A DNA stretch of 55,464 nt from positions 1 through 55,464 of the forward strand of contig JAOTYY010000001.1 in NCBI GenBank assembly GCA_029861595.1, written 5' to 3'. Under the pieces are notes generated by a model. It was not told the DNA's origin, did no database searches, and worked only from the letters and a program-made list of their open reading frames with translations. A program made the translations under genes and the position numbers. Below are positions 27,886 through 37,349 of the stretch, in pieces; position 1 is the first letter of the stretch; the number at the start of each line of letters is the position of its first letter. This DNA is from Gammaproteobacteria bacterium (GTDB lineage Bacteria > Pseudomonadota > Gammaproteobacteria > JAHELT01).

Positions 27886-28716
27886 ATGCCGCGTACCAAT
27901 GAGATCATTTTTTCGATTCGGAGGTTATACCCCGCGGTGGATGCCGTGCCGCATACTCAGCGATTCCCGGTCGAGTTGCATCCGGGCATGACCGTATTGG
28001 AAGGACTGCTGCAGATCCGCGAGTCGCAGGATGCGAGCCTCGCCTGGCGGTTCTCCTGCAGGATGGGTGTGTGTGGCTCGTGCGCCATGATCGTCAATGG
28101 TCACCCGCGCCTTGCCTGCAACACGCAGATCCAGGATGTTTCCCGAGAGGAGGTTCGGCTTGCACCACTGGCGAACTATCCCGTCATCAAGGATCTCGTG
28201 GCCAATCTCGACACGCTGTTCGAACAACATGCCGCGCTCGCTCCTTACATCGCACGCAGCGACTCAGCCGAGCTGATCGCACCCGGCGGCGAGTTCCGCC
28301 AGACGCCCGCACAGCTCACGCGGTTTCTGCAGTTTTCGGGCTGTATCAAGTGCGGTGCCTGCATGGCCGCGTGTCCGACTGTAGCCAGCGACACACGCTT
28401 CTTCGGCCCCATGCCGTTGACCGCGGCACACCGGTACAATGCGGACAATCGGGACGACGGCTTTGCGACCCGCAAGCGGCACATGCGACAACGGCACGCG
28501 GCAGAGCATTGTCACTACGCGGGAGAATGTTCGCGAGTTTGTCCCAAGGGAGTCGATCCGGCACGCGCCTTACAATTGCTGCGCCGCGAGTTGTTACTGG
28601 ATTGGCTCGGATTGCGCCGCCGCCAGGCGCTGGCAATGGTTCAGCCCGCGAGCGACGATCAGCCGCCCTCCCAACGGCGTGTGCAAACGCCGCCACCCTT
28701 CACGGTCCAGCGCTGA
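27886..28716 (+). CDS. Succinate dehydrogenase/fumarate reductase iron-sulfur subunit
   Basis: I start at the ATG at 27886 (AGGAAG 7 nt upstream) rather than the track start at 27535. Three Cys clusters are present: CRMGVCGSCAMIVNGHPRLAC (2Fe-2S), CIKCGACMAACP (4Fe-4S) and CHYAGECSRVCPKGVDP (3Fe-4S). The C-terminal tail of about 45 aa is Arg/Gln/Pro-rich. Confidence 0.9.
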   Translation: MPRTNEIIFSIRRLYPAVDAVPHTQRFPVELHPGMTVLEGLLQIRESQDASLAWRFSCRMGVCGSCAMIVNGHPRLACNTQIQDVSREEVRLAPLANYPVIKDLVANLDTLFEQHAALAPYIARSDSAELIAPGGEFRQTPAQLTRFLQFSGCIKCGACMAACPTVASDTRFFGPMPLTAAHRYNADNRDDGFATRKRHMRQRHAAEHCHYAGECSRVCPKGVDPARALQLLRRELLLDWLGLRRRQALAMVQPASDDQPPSQRRVQTPPPFTVQR

Positions 28717-28933
28717 TGGAACGACCGACAGCGCATGCACCGACTCGAGTGTATTGGAGAGGCTGGAGGTAAGAGCGCAGATGGAAGTCGTGGAAAACAG
28801 CTGACCCGCAATTTTCACGCTGCCAAGCGCCCCGCTTTTGAGGAATGGACTACTCCGGGCATCCTGCCCTGCGAGCCAGCGTCAGTTTTCCTGACCTGAA
28901 TACCGGGCGTCAAGTTGCACTCCCCGAGTTTAA

Positions 28934-29656
28934 ATGCAGACAATGCGAATTATGAAAGGTAGACGCGTCTTTCGCTGGCTGCGCTACGCGTTGCATGCGC
29001 TGGCGTTGCTGCTGGTGATCGATGCCGGCTACATCCTCGGCCTGCTCCCGGATTGGGAACACTACCAGAACGGCCCGATTCAGAAATCTAATTTCATCAA
29101 GACCTACGAGTTTCGGCACGCATCCGACGCGGGGCTGCCATCCCTGCAGTGGCGCCCCGTGCCACTGTCGAGAATATCGAGGCATCTAACGCGCGCCATC
29201 ATCGTGGCCGAAGACGCACGCTTCTACGAACACGAAGGCATCGACGCAGAAGCACTCAAGCAGGCCATGGAGTACAACATCGCCAATCTCAAATGGGCAT
29301 ACGGCGGTAGCACCATCTCGCAGCAGATGATCAAGAACATGCTGCTCTCGCCCTCGCGCAATCCACTGCGCAAGTGGCACGAGTTGTGGTTGACCATCGA
29401 CCTCGAACGCCACGTCAGCAAGCGACGCATTCTCGAGATCTACATGAACGTGGCGGAATTCGGCCGGGGCATCTACGGCGCCGAGGCAGGCGCCCGCCAT
29501 TACTGGGGCAAGTCCGCCGCCTCGCTGAATCCTGCCGAGGCGATCGCGCTCGCTGCTTCGCTCAGCAATCCCGTGCACGATAATCCAATCACACGCACTG
29601 ACTACTTTCAGCGACAAGTGCGCAAGATTCGCCGAAACCTGCGTTGGTCGAAATAA
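28934..29656 (+). CDS. mtgA: Monofunctional biosynthetic peptidoglycan transglycosylase
   Basis: 240 aa with one N-terminal TM and GT51 motifs: AIIVAEDARFYEHEGID, GGSTISQQMIKN, RKWHELWLT and RILEIYMNVAEFG. Confidence 0.9.
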   Translation: MQTMRIMKGRRVFRWLRYALHALALLLVIDAGYILGLLPDWEHYQNGPIQKSNFIKTYEFRHASDAGLPSLQWRPVPLSRISRHLTRAIIVAEDARFYEHEGIDAEALKQAMEYNIANLKWAYGGSTISQQMIKNMLLSPSRNPLRKWHELWLTIDLERHVSKRRILEIYMNVAEFGRGIYGAEAGARHYWGKSAASLNPAEAIALAASLSNPVHDNPITRTDYFQRQVRKIRRNLRWSK

Positions 29657-29710
29657 CTCTCACAGCGAGCACTGCCCTAATCCATATGTTGCACGTTGCC
29701 CAGAAAATCG

Positions 29711-30184
29711 TCAGGCCTGGTCGTCGAGTTCGACGATCATTTCTATTTCGACCGGGATATCGTTCGGCAGTGCTGACATGCCGACCGCCGAGCGTGCGTG
29801 GCGGCCTTTGTCACCGAATACCTCGACCAGCAGGTCCGAACACCCGTTGGCCACGGCCGGTTGCCGGGTAAACGAGGGTGAGGAATTCACCATGGCAAGC
29901 AGCTTGACGATACGCTTCACCTTGTCGAGATCACCTACCTCGCCCCTGATTCTCGCAATCAGGTTAATACCCACCAGGCGCGCGGCTTCGTAACCTTCTT
30001 CGACCGTCAGGTCCGAGTCGACTTTCCCGGAATACTTTTTTCCGTCAGCACTGGGTGCGGGCCCAACGCCCGAGAGGTATAACAGGTTGCCGGTGCGGAC
30101 ACCGGGAACGTAGTTGGCCATCGGTGATGGTGCCTCGGGCAAGTCGATCCCCAGTTGTGCGAGTCTTTTCTCTACATTGGTCAC
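29711..30184 (-). CDS. RidA/YjgF family protein
   Basis: 157 aa. LGIDLPEAPSPMANYVPGVRTGNLLYLSGVGP and the C-terminal SAVGMSALPNDIPVEIEMIV are typical of the YjgF/YER057c/UK114 fold. Confidence 0.8.
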   Translation of the reverse strand: MTNVEKRLAQLGIDLPEAPSPMANYVPGVRTGNLLYLSGVGPAPSADGKKYSGKVDSDLTVEEGYEAARLVGINLIARIRGEVGDLDKVKRIVKLLAMVNSSPSFTRQPAVANGCSDLLVEVFGDKGRHARSAVGMSALPNDIPVEIEMIVELDDQA

Positions 30185-30202
30185 CGTTTTCTCCTCTTTG
30201 AC

Positions 30203-31126
30203 TCACGACACCAGCGGCCGAACCTCTTGCGCAAAACGGTCCATGGTATCCAGGGCCACAGCCTGAGATTCCGGCAGCACGTCCAGCACGAATTGCGAAA
30301 CGCCCAGGTCGCGATAGCGCTTTATGGCATCGGCGATGTCGCCCGCTCGACCGTGCGTGGGCGGTTGATCTTCACGCGGCGGTCCGGACTGGAAAACCAC
30401 ATGGCACTTGACGCCGATCTCGACATTGCCCGGCGACCGTCCTTCCTGTTCCAGATACCCGTTGAGTTCCGCCATCGAGGCCTGCAAAGTATCGTATTGC
30501 GGACGCGCCGGATGCCAGACGTCGCCGTAGCGAGCCGTACGTCGCAATGCCGCTTTGCTGCTCCCCGCTACCCAGATGGGCGGCGACGGCTGCTGCACGG
30601 GTTTCGGTGCGAAATAAGCATTTTCAACACTGTAGTGTTCACCTTTGAAGGTGACCGGGTCTTTACCCCAAAGCGCCTTCATGAGCGCGAGGCCTTCGTT
30701 GGTTCGCGCGCCTCGATTGTGAAAGTCCTGACCCAGCACCCTGAACTCTTCCTCAAACCAGCCGACGCCGATGCCGAAAACGAAACGCCCGCCGCTCAGC
30801 TGATCCACCTCGGCGACCTGCTTGGCCAGCTCGAAAGGATTATGCATGGGCATCACGACTACACTGGTACCGAGCTGGATTCGGCTGGTGAGTCCCGCCA
30901 GATAGCTCAACACCGTAAACGGTTCCCAATAGCATTCTTTCCAGTGTTCGGGGTGCTTGAGGCCGGGAATCATGACGTACCCGGACTTCACCTGGGGCGG
31001 GATGATGACGTGTGCGCTGCACCACAGCGCGTCCAGCTCCAGCGCCTCTGCGCCTTCGGCCATCTTCGCGAAGGTCTCAGGCGTCGCCTCGCTACCGCGC
31101 ACCACCAACGAAAATCCGAACTTCAT
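30203..31126 (-). CDS. LLM-class (luciferase-like) flavin/F420-dependent oxidoreductase
   Basis: I start at the ATG at 31126 ([11 protein letters not shown]). [16 protein letters not shown] is typical of the LLM family. ATGA overlap with the upstream LLM gene. Confidence 0.8.
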   Translation of the reverse strand: MKFGFSLVVRGSEATPETFAKMAEGAEALELDALWCSAHVIIPPQVKSGYVMIPGLKHPEHWKECYWEPFTVLSYLAGLTSRIQLGTSVVVMPMHNPFELAKQVAEVDQLSGGRFVFGIGVGWFEEEFRVLGQDFHNRGARTNEGLALMKALWGKDPVTFKGEHYSVENAYFAPKPVQQPSPPIWVAGSSKAALRRTARYGDVWHPARPQYDTLQASMAELNGYLEQEGRSPGNVEIGVKCHVVFQSGPPREDQPPTHGRAGDIADAIKRYRDLGVSQFVLDVLPESQAVALDTMDRFAQEVRPLVS

Positions 31127-31911
31127 GACCACCCTCCTCGGCTGTTTTTTTCGTCGCGCCAGGCAAGCCACTCCTTGAGCGGGCCGAGATCGTAGCCTGG
31201 CCCGTCAGCGCCCATATGGATTTCGTCGGCGCCCGCCGCATGAATGGCGTCGGCGAGATCGAGCCTGGCGCTGTCGACGCCGAGAGATCTTTCGATGCCC
31301 GCAGGGTCACGTCCGACTCTGGCGCACCAGTCGTCGAGCACGGCGTTCTTGTGCCGGACTATTTGCGGGTCACTGTTGGCAAACCCATGCCAGATGTCGG
31401 CGTGCTCCGCGACAATCCGGAGCGTGACTTTTTCCCCGCCTCCCCCGATCAGGATCGGCAGCCGGCCTTCAGCGGGTGGGTTGAGCCTTGCGAGCCGCGC
31501 CTTGATTCGGGTCAGCGCCGCTTCCAACTCCCTCAATCGGCTGCCCGCGGTGCCGAACTCATAGCCGTATTCCCGGTAGTCACGTTCGAACCAGCCGGAA
31601 CCGATGCCGAGGATGAGCCTGCCCTGGGAAATGTGATCTACGGTCCGCGCCATATCGGCCAGCAGTTCGGGATTGCGATAGCTGTTACAGGTAACCAGCG
31701 GACCAATTGCGACGCGCTCGGTAACCTCGGCGATAGCCGCCAGCAGCGTCCAGCATTCGAAGTGCTTGCCGTCAGGTGCGCCCATGAGTGGGAAGAAGTG
31801 ATCCCAGGTATACAGCACGTCAACACCAAGGGCTTCGGCCTCCTCAGCGGCGCGGCGGATGTCCGAATAGTCGGCGTGCTCAGGATACAACGAAAGCGCA
31901 ATTCGAACCAT
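31123..31911 (-). CDS. LLM-class F420-dependent oxidoreductase
   Basis: I start at the ATG at 31911 ([11 protein letters not shown]). [23 protein letters not shown] is an LLM family pattern. Confidence 0.8.
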   Translation of the reverse strand: MVRIALSLYPEHADYSDIRRAAEEAEALGVDVLYTWDHFFPLMGAPDGKHFECWTLLAAIAEVTERVAIGPLVTCNSYRNPELLADMARTVDHISQGRLILGIGSGWFERDYREYGYEFGTAGSRLRELEAALTRIKARLARLNPPAEGRLPILIGGGGEKVTLRIVAEHADIWHGFANSDPQIVRHKNAVLDDWCARVGRDPAGIERSLGVDSARLDLADAIHAAGADEIHMGADGPGYDLGPLKEWLAWRDEKNSRGGWS

Positions 31912-32024
31912 ATTGGCTACCTCACTCGACACAGCTTTGCCAGACAGCGAACCGCGAAAGCCGGTTTGCTCTAGCGCGGCGCGCGCAGACAAGTATACTG
32001 TCCCCGGATTCTCCCTCCAGATCT

Positions 32025-33584
32025 ATGCGACCTTTTGCACAGCTTCCGACCTCGCTCGCCGCGACAATGGCCATTGCGCTCGCTATGACGATCGCGTCCA
32101 CGTCACATGCGCAGGCCGGTTTGCTGTCCGCCATCGGCAAAGCCGCCAAGATCGGCAAAGCAGGTAAAGCCGCGGGGGTGATAGGCGGCGCCGCCATCAT
32201 CGCGGACACGTTGACGGTGCTTCGCCGGCTCACCCCGGATGCCGACGTGCGTCGCCTGGCACTCGGTTTTGACGAAGACGGCGTGGCACGACTCGCGGAC
32301 ATCACCGGTGGCGAATGGAGTGTGCGTAACTTCGGCGACCTCGATGATCTCAACTGGCAATCCGCAGTGCTCCAGGGCACTGGCAAGGTGCCCGCAACCC
32401 ACAGGCGCGTCGAGCTGTACGTGCAGGACGAACAACTGTTCAGTCATCGGGTCAGACTGGCCTCATTGCCGGATAACCTCGCGCTGCGTGTCGTTCACCG
32501 CCGAAAAAAGATCTATCCGCTGCATAGAACCGGTGGCATCCTGCAAGTGGAAGCGCGGCCGCACGTGTTGATTGACACCACGACTTTGCGCGATCTGGAT
32601 GAGATCCTGTTCCGTATGGAACGAGTATTGAATCGCGCATCGCTGCGCTTGTTGAAAGTGGTACCAGAGACCACCGGCACGCTGCCATCGTTACCGGGCC
32701 AGGTTGCCACTCGCGCCCCCGAACCACAGGCTATCGATCCGGGCAAATTCCGCGAGTCGCTGCGCGCACTGCGCGGGCAGACGGCGGTGCTGACGGGCCG
32801 CATCGAAAACGGTCTGCTGCTGACCCAGAGTCGTCGGGGCGGGGACATGTCCCGCCTGCCGCTTGCCGAAATCCGCCGGGCGGCTCGCGAAGCTGATGTC
32901 AACCTGATCGTCCTGGATGCGAACACACCGCTGCAGCCGGGCGGCGGTGGTTGGCTCGGGAAGCGGCGTTCGAAAACCCTCGACGCTGCATTTCAGGCGA
33001 ATACCAGCGGTGAATTCATGGCAGCGCTGGCCAGACCCCATGCCCCCATCAAATTGCGTGCCGAAAGCAACGGGTCACGCCATATCGCCATCAGTGCTGT
33101 GAATCGCCGTCCCGATGTGGAGATCAACGCCGGCAACACATCCGACATCGAGCTGATAGCCCATGGACTACACCTGCTGACGCGCACCCGTGAATTTGAA
33201 CAAGAACATGACAGCCGTCTAGTCTGGTGGCTTCCCAGCTACGTCCCTGTGGCATTTGCCCTTAATGCCGCCGCCGGTGTGTTGGCGTGGAGCGTAGCTT
33301 ATCGCGAATGGTGGGTAAAAATCTGGCCGCCGCCAGTTTCGCGCAACTGGTTCAGGCGCAACGTGCTCGCGGGCACGCGATTGATCATTTTTGTTGTTTT
33401 GTTTTTACCCCTGTTGGGTGGCGTGGCGTTGTTGTGGATGGTGTTACGCATCGTTCTTGTCATCCTGATGATACCGGTCAGACTAACAGTATGGATTCGC
33501 TCGAGGATTGCCATGAGGAAACTATCCAAAACTGCCCGGCCGAAAAGACTCAAAACGACATCCGGCCAGCGAGAAATTGCCTGA
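32025..33584 (+). CDS. Hypothetical secreted/membrane protein (519 aa), no recognised family
   Basis: The track ORF begins at 31788, antisense to the LLM gene. I use the ATG at 32025, giving a signal-like N-terminus MRPFAQLPTSLAATMAIALAMTIASTSHAQA. There are 2-3 hydrophobic helices at the C-terminus (e.g. LIIFVVLFLPLLGGVALLWMVLRIVLVILMIPV). Confidence 0.65.
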   Translation: MRPFAQLPTSLAATMAIALAMTIASTSHAQAGLLSAIGKAAKIGKAGKAAGVIGGAAIIADTLTVLRRLTPDADVRRLALGFDEDGVARLADITGGEWSVRNFGDLDDLNWQSAVLQGTGKVPATHRRVELYVQDEQLFSHRVRLASLPDNLALRVVHRRKKIYPLHRTGGILQVEARPHVLIDTTTLRDLDEILFRMERVLNRASLRLLKVVPETTGTLPSLPGQVATRAPEPQAIDPGKFRESLRALRGQTAVLTGRIENGLLLTQSRRGGDMSRLPLAEIRRAAREADVNLIVLDANTPLQPGGGGWLGKRRSKTLDAAFQANTSGEFMAALARPHAPIKLRAESNGSRHIAISAVNRRPDVEINAGNTSDIELIAHGLHLLTRTREFEQEHDSRLVWWLPSYVPVAFALNAAAGVLAWSVAYREWWVKIWPPPVSRNWFRRNVLAGTRLIIFVVLFLPLLGGVALLWMVLRIVLVILMIPVRLTVWIRSRIAMRKLSKTARPKRLKTTSGQREIA

Positions 33585-33700
33585 GTCGGGTCATACTTGC
33601 GATACTCCGCGCTCGCAACCATTCGATCAATAACTGCCGCGGCAGTACAGGATTTCCTGATAAATGCGGAATTCAACGTCCGCGGCTCGAGCCCTGATCA

Positions 33701-35047
33701 ATGAATCAGACAGAATACCCTGACAGGAAACCAGCCGAGACCAGAAAAACCACGCTGAGCAGCGTGCTTTTCAAATGGATGCGGTTCGGACAGAAGATAC
33801 CGTCGGTGCTGCCCTGGCCACCGCTGTGTGATTTTTCTGGATTCAGTCTCGATGCGTGGTTGCAGGCGCGCCCAGCCCTGACCGATGCCATCGAATGGAA
33901 CTTCTGGGATCTTGGTCCTTTGCTGTATGTCGATTGGCCGGAGGAGAAGAAAGCCGAGCTGGCGGAGGCTTTCTGGTATGGCCACCAGTTGACTGTCGCG
34001 GATCCGGCACCAAACTTACTGAACCTTGCTGATGCCGACGCACCACGCACGGTATTGAGTCCCGACGACGCCTGGAATCTCTACCGTGTGACTGTCGGCC
34101 ATGTGCTGGCGGCGGAGTATGCACAGTCGTTCCCCTGGTCGCTGCTGGATTATGACTACGCACATCTGATCGGATTGTTGAATGGCCGTTGGATGTTTTC
34201 CAAAGTCGTCGGTGATGGCGGCTACGAGGTCGCTCAGGGAGGGTCAGTCTCGTTGCCGTCACCACCTGCCGCCGTCTATCCGTTTCTGACATCCAACGAC
34301 CTGATCGGGGTTACCCGACTCGATACGATTGTACGCATCACGGAATGGTGCCGGCAGAATCTGTCGCATTATCTCAGCGTGGATCTCGGCCCGGGATTGC
34401 ATGTGATCGACTATGACTACAACTGGCAGTATCGCGGTTACCCGCCGGTTTCACGGGTTATCGGTAGAACGCCGACAACCAACCCGGACCCGCTCTATCA
34501 GGATAACTGCGTTGTCAGTCGCACTGCGGGCTGCTGGGGCACCACAGGATTTTTGATTTCCGTATTACGCTTATTGAATATTCCAGTACATTGCCAGCGT
34601 CTGATCGGGGATCAGAGCGCGCATGCAACGCCCTGGTTTCTCTCCGAAGATCTCTGGTACAGTCACGGCGATGATCCTTACAACGGCAATGCATTTGCGA
34701 CACCGCCCTATCCCGCCGACGAATTCCTGATCGACCGCGCAACGTTCGAGGCCTGGTTCGGGGATGGCGTCACGCCCACCGATATTCAGAAAAACGTAGG
34801 CCGCCAGGTCGGCTTCAACCTGGTCACTGCGTATTGGCCTGACACCACCTTGCGAGAGTATTGTTCCTTCTGGGAGGTTGGGCGCACGGGTCATGACAAT
34901 GGCGTGTACGAATCACTCACTCGCTATGAACCGATCAGCGATGCCACCTGGCAGGCGTACAGAGCGCAAATGGAGCAGAAGATCAACGGCTTCGGGGGCT
35001 GTGACCAAATCCCCGAAAACCACAGGTTTGATGAGTATTGCGACTAG
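33701..35047 (+). CDS. Hypothetical 448-aa protein with a transglutaminase-like Cys-His-Asp core
   Basis: The segment RTAGCWGTTGFLISVLRLLNIPV...SAHATPWF...WYSHGDDPY has the order and spacing of the transglutaminase-like cysteine peptidase core (C278, H308, D324/325). No signal peptide. Confidence 0.65.
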   Translation: MNQTEYPDRKPAETRKTTLSSVLFKWMRFGQKIPSVLPWPPLCDFSGFSLDAWLQARPALTDAIEWNFWDLGPLLYVDWPEEKKAELAEAFWYGHQLTVADPAPNLLNLADADAPRTVLSPDDAWNLYRVTVGHVLAAEYAQSFPWSLLDYDYAHLIGLLNGRWMFSKVVGDGGYEVAQGGSVSLPSPPAAVYPFLTSNDLIGVTRLDTIVRITEWCRQNLSHYLSVDLGPGLHVIDYDYNWQYRGYPPVSRVIGRTPTTNPDPLYQDNCVVSRTAGCWGTTGFLISVLRLLNIPVHCQRLIGDQSAHATPWFLSEDLWYSHGDDPYNGNAFATPPYPADEFLIDRATFEAWFGDGVTPTDIQKNVGRQVGFNLVTAYWPDTTLREYCSFWEVGRTGHDNGVYESLTRYEPISDATWQAYRAQMEQKINGFGGCDQIPENHRFDEYCD

Positions 35048-35082
35048 ACGAGGTTGTCGAGATCGGAAGCGGCTCACCGGCG

Positions 35083-35610
35083 CTAACGCTCATCAATTGG
35101 ATCTGGGCAGTAATCACGGCGCTGACAGGTCGAACAATATTCACCCAGATACAACTGATCGACCCAGGCGACCAACTCATTTATATGCCCGGCATCATCA
35201 AACAAAAACCCGGCTTCGAAATTGCGCTTGTCTTCGTGTTTGCTGCCCATGCCCGCGCCGGTCAGATTAGGTGAACCAACGAAGGCTATGACATTGTCGA
35301 TAATGACTGCCTTTGTATGTACGCGTGGGCAGAGTATGCGTTCAAACAAGTCGCTGTCGATGAGTTCGTCGAAACGATCAAAATCTTCGCGAAAGCGCGG
35401 ACCGGGTTCTTTGGCGTGTATCAATCTAACCGCCACTCCTTTGCCAACCAGATCGGCAAGCATTTCAAGAAAGGGCACAAAGCTGCGTCCCATTTCTACA
35501 TGCATGTTCTTGATATCAGCGGTCACGATCCAGACAAACTTTTCTGCCAATGGAACTCGCGCCTGTATCAGTTCAATGTAAATGTCGCCGTTCAGCAGTA
35601 ACTTGTGCAT
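35083..35610 (-). CDS. Single-HKD phospholipase D superfamily protein (Nuc-like nuclease / PLD-like)
   Basis: HTKAVIIDNVIAFVGSPN is a perfect HxKx4Dx6GSxN motif (35266-35319). 175 aa from the ATG at 35610; the track start is 35631. C-terminal CSTCQRRDYC cluster. Visibly AT-richer than its neighbours. Confidence 0.8.
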   Translation of the reverse strand: MHKLLLNGDIYIELIQARVPLAEKFVWIVTADIKNMHVEMGRSFVPFLEMLADLVGKGVAVRLIHAKEPGPRFREDFDRFDELIDSDLFERILCPRVHTKAVIIDNVIAFVGSPNLTGAGMGSKHEDKRNFEAGFLFDDAGHINELVAWVDQLYLGEYCSTCQRRDYCPDPIDER

Positions 35611-35848
35611 TAGCGGTAGGCACCGAAACAATTTTCAGTGTTGATATTTTACCCACGCAACCGCAATAGGAAACTATTTGTTCCCGATCATACGGATTGC
35701 GGTCAGTATGCACGTTAGTTGCGCTCCGCGAAGAGATGGGGCATTTCAGGCAGCATGGAGAGAGTTCCTCGCGAGCGACGTCATCACTGTGGATTCTCGT
35801 GACTTGGCTGGGTTACCCTGTCCACGTACGTTTTACCGGATACCGTAG

Positions 35849-36328
35849 ATGCGCAATTACCGAGAGATAGCATCCAGACTTCTGATACCAGTAGTTTCAC
35901 TGTCTCTCACGGCAGGCCTGCCCGCCTCAGCGTCGGAAGACCCGATCGTGACCACAAAGGTGGAAGGAGAGTTCCATGACGTCAGCCACAATATCCGCTC
36001 GGCGATCGTCGGTAAAGGTACCAACATTACCCACGTACTTCCCGCCAGCGACATGCTGCAGCGCACCGGTCCTGCATTCGGTTACGACGTCTATGCGAAT
36101 GCCGAAACTTTCGAGTTTTGCAGCGCGCAGATTTCGCACAAACTGGCACGCGTCAATCCAGACAATATCGTGCTGTGTCCGTTTACCATCAGTGTCTATG
36201 CGCTGACTTCGGAGACGGGTTTTGTTCGCATATCCTACCGAACGCCCGCCGGCCGTCCCGGTACCGACGCGGTTATCCAGGAAGTCGTCGAGTTGATCGA
36301 AAGTATTATCGAGGACGCAACATGGTAG
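35849..36328 (+). CDS. DUF302 domain protein with signal peptide
   Basis: 159 aa. Signal-like LLIPVVSLSLTAGLPASA, and FEFCSAQISHKLARVNPDNIVLCPFTISVY resembles the DUF302 core as I recall it. Confidence 0.6.
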   Translation: MRNYREIASRLLIPVVSLSLTAGLPASASEDPIVTTKVEGEFHDVSHNIRSAIVGKGTNITHVLPASDMLQRTGPAFGYDVYANAETFEFCSAQISHKLARVNPDNIVLCPFTISVYALTSETGFVRISYRTPAGRPGTDAVIQEVVELIESIIEDATW

Positions 36329-36453
36329 CGAAATGATACCCGCACGCCTCTACACGCGGCGGCTGGTGTCTCAAGGGATTAAAGGTCGTGAGGTGCCACG
36401 CTGTGCCTTCTCGCCCATGGTAGTCTCTGGGTTCTTCCCGGGAGGGAATCCGT

Positions 36454-37269
36454 ATGTCGACTCAAGCTGAAAAAAGCCGGGTATTCAAGGCACTGCATGA
36501 CAGCAATGAAACTTTTATCATCCCCAATCCTTGGGATGCGGGATCGGCCCGGGTACTGCAGGGACTTGGATTCAAGGCGCTGGCAACGACCAGTGCCGGT
36601 TTCGCTCAGTCCCTGGGGAAACTGGATGGTCAGGTGTCTGTGGATGAGAAAATAGAACATTGCCGCGCTTTATGTGCTGTCACAGACATCCCGGTCAGTG
36701 CGGATTTTGAAAATGGCTTCACTGATTCTCCGGCGGAAGCTGCCGCCAATATTCTACGAGTGGCGGAGGCGGGTGTTGTTGGTGCTTCCATCGAAGACTA
36801 TTCGGGCACAGGTATTTATGACTTCAGTCTTGCCGTGGACCGAATTGCCGCCTGTGCTAAGGCAGTAGCACAACTCTCGTTTCCGTTTATCCTGACGGCG
36901 CGCGCGGAAAACCTGCTTCGTGGCGTCGACGATCTGGATGACACCATCAAACGCCTGCAGGCTTTTGAAACCGCCGGGGCTGACGTTTTGTACGCGCCAG
37001 GGCTCAGGAATCTCGATCAGGTGAGGCAAATTGTCGATTCAGTAACGAAACCCGTCAACGTCTTGTCTTCGTTCATGCCCGATGTCACTCTGGATCAATA
37101 TGCAAAGGCAGGTGTTGGCAGAGTCAGTATTGGCGGCGCGCTGGCCAACCATGCAATTGGAAGCACTATGACGGCGGCGCGGCAAATGTTGGATTCAGGT
37201 GATTTTGGCTGGGTAAAGAACGCCGCGCCGGGTGGAGAAATAAGGAAATTACTGGATCCATCCACGTGA
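36454..37269 (+). CDS. Isocitrate lyase / PEP mutase family protein (2-methylisocitrate-lyase-like)
   Basis: 271 aa. FKALHDSNETFIIPNPWDAGSARVLQGLGFKALATTSAG is the typical N-terminal pattern of this family. GGGAGGGAA lies upstream of the ATG. Confidence 0.8.
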   Translation: MSTQAEKSRVFKALHDSNETFIIPNPWDAGSARVLQGLGFKALATTSAGFAQSLGKLDGQVSVDEKIEHCRALCAVTDIPVSADFENGFTDSPAEAAANILRVAEAGVVGASIEDYSGTGIYDFSLAVDRIAACAKAVAQLSFPFILTARAENLLRGVDDLDDTIKRLQAFETAGADVLYAPGLRNLDQVRQIVDSVTKPVNVLSSFMPDVTLDQYAKAGVGRVSIGGALANHAIGSTMTAARQMLDSGDFGWVKNAAPGGEIRKLLDPST

Positions 37270-37349
37270 CCATGAATGCCTGATAGTTTGCGTGCACTGA
37301 TATCAGGTACCCCGATATAATCGTAAGTTCAAACGTCAGGAGATACCTC

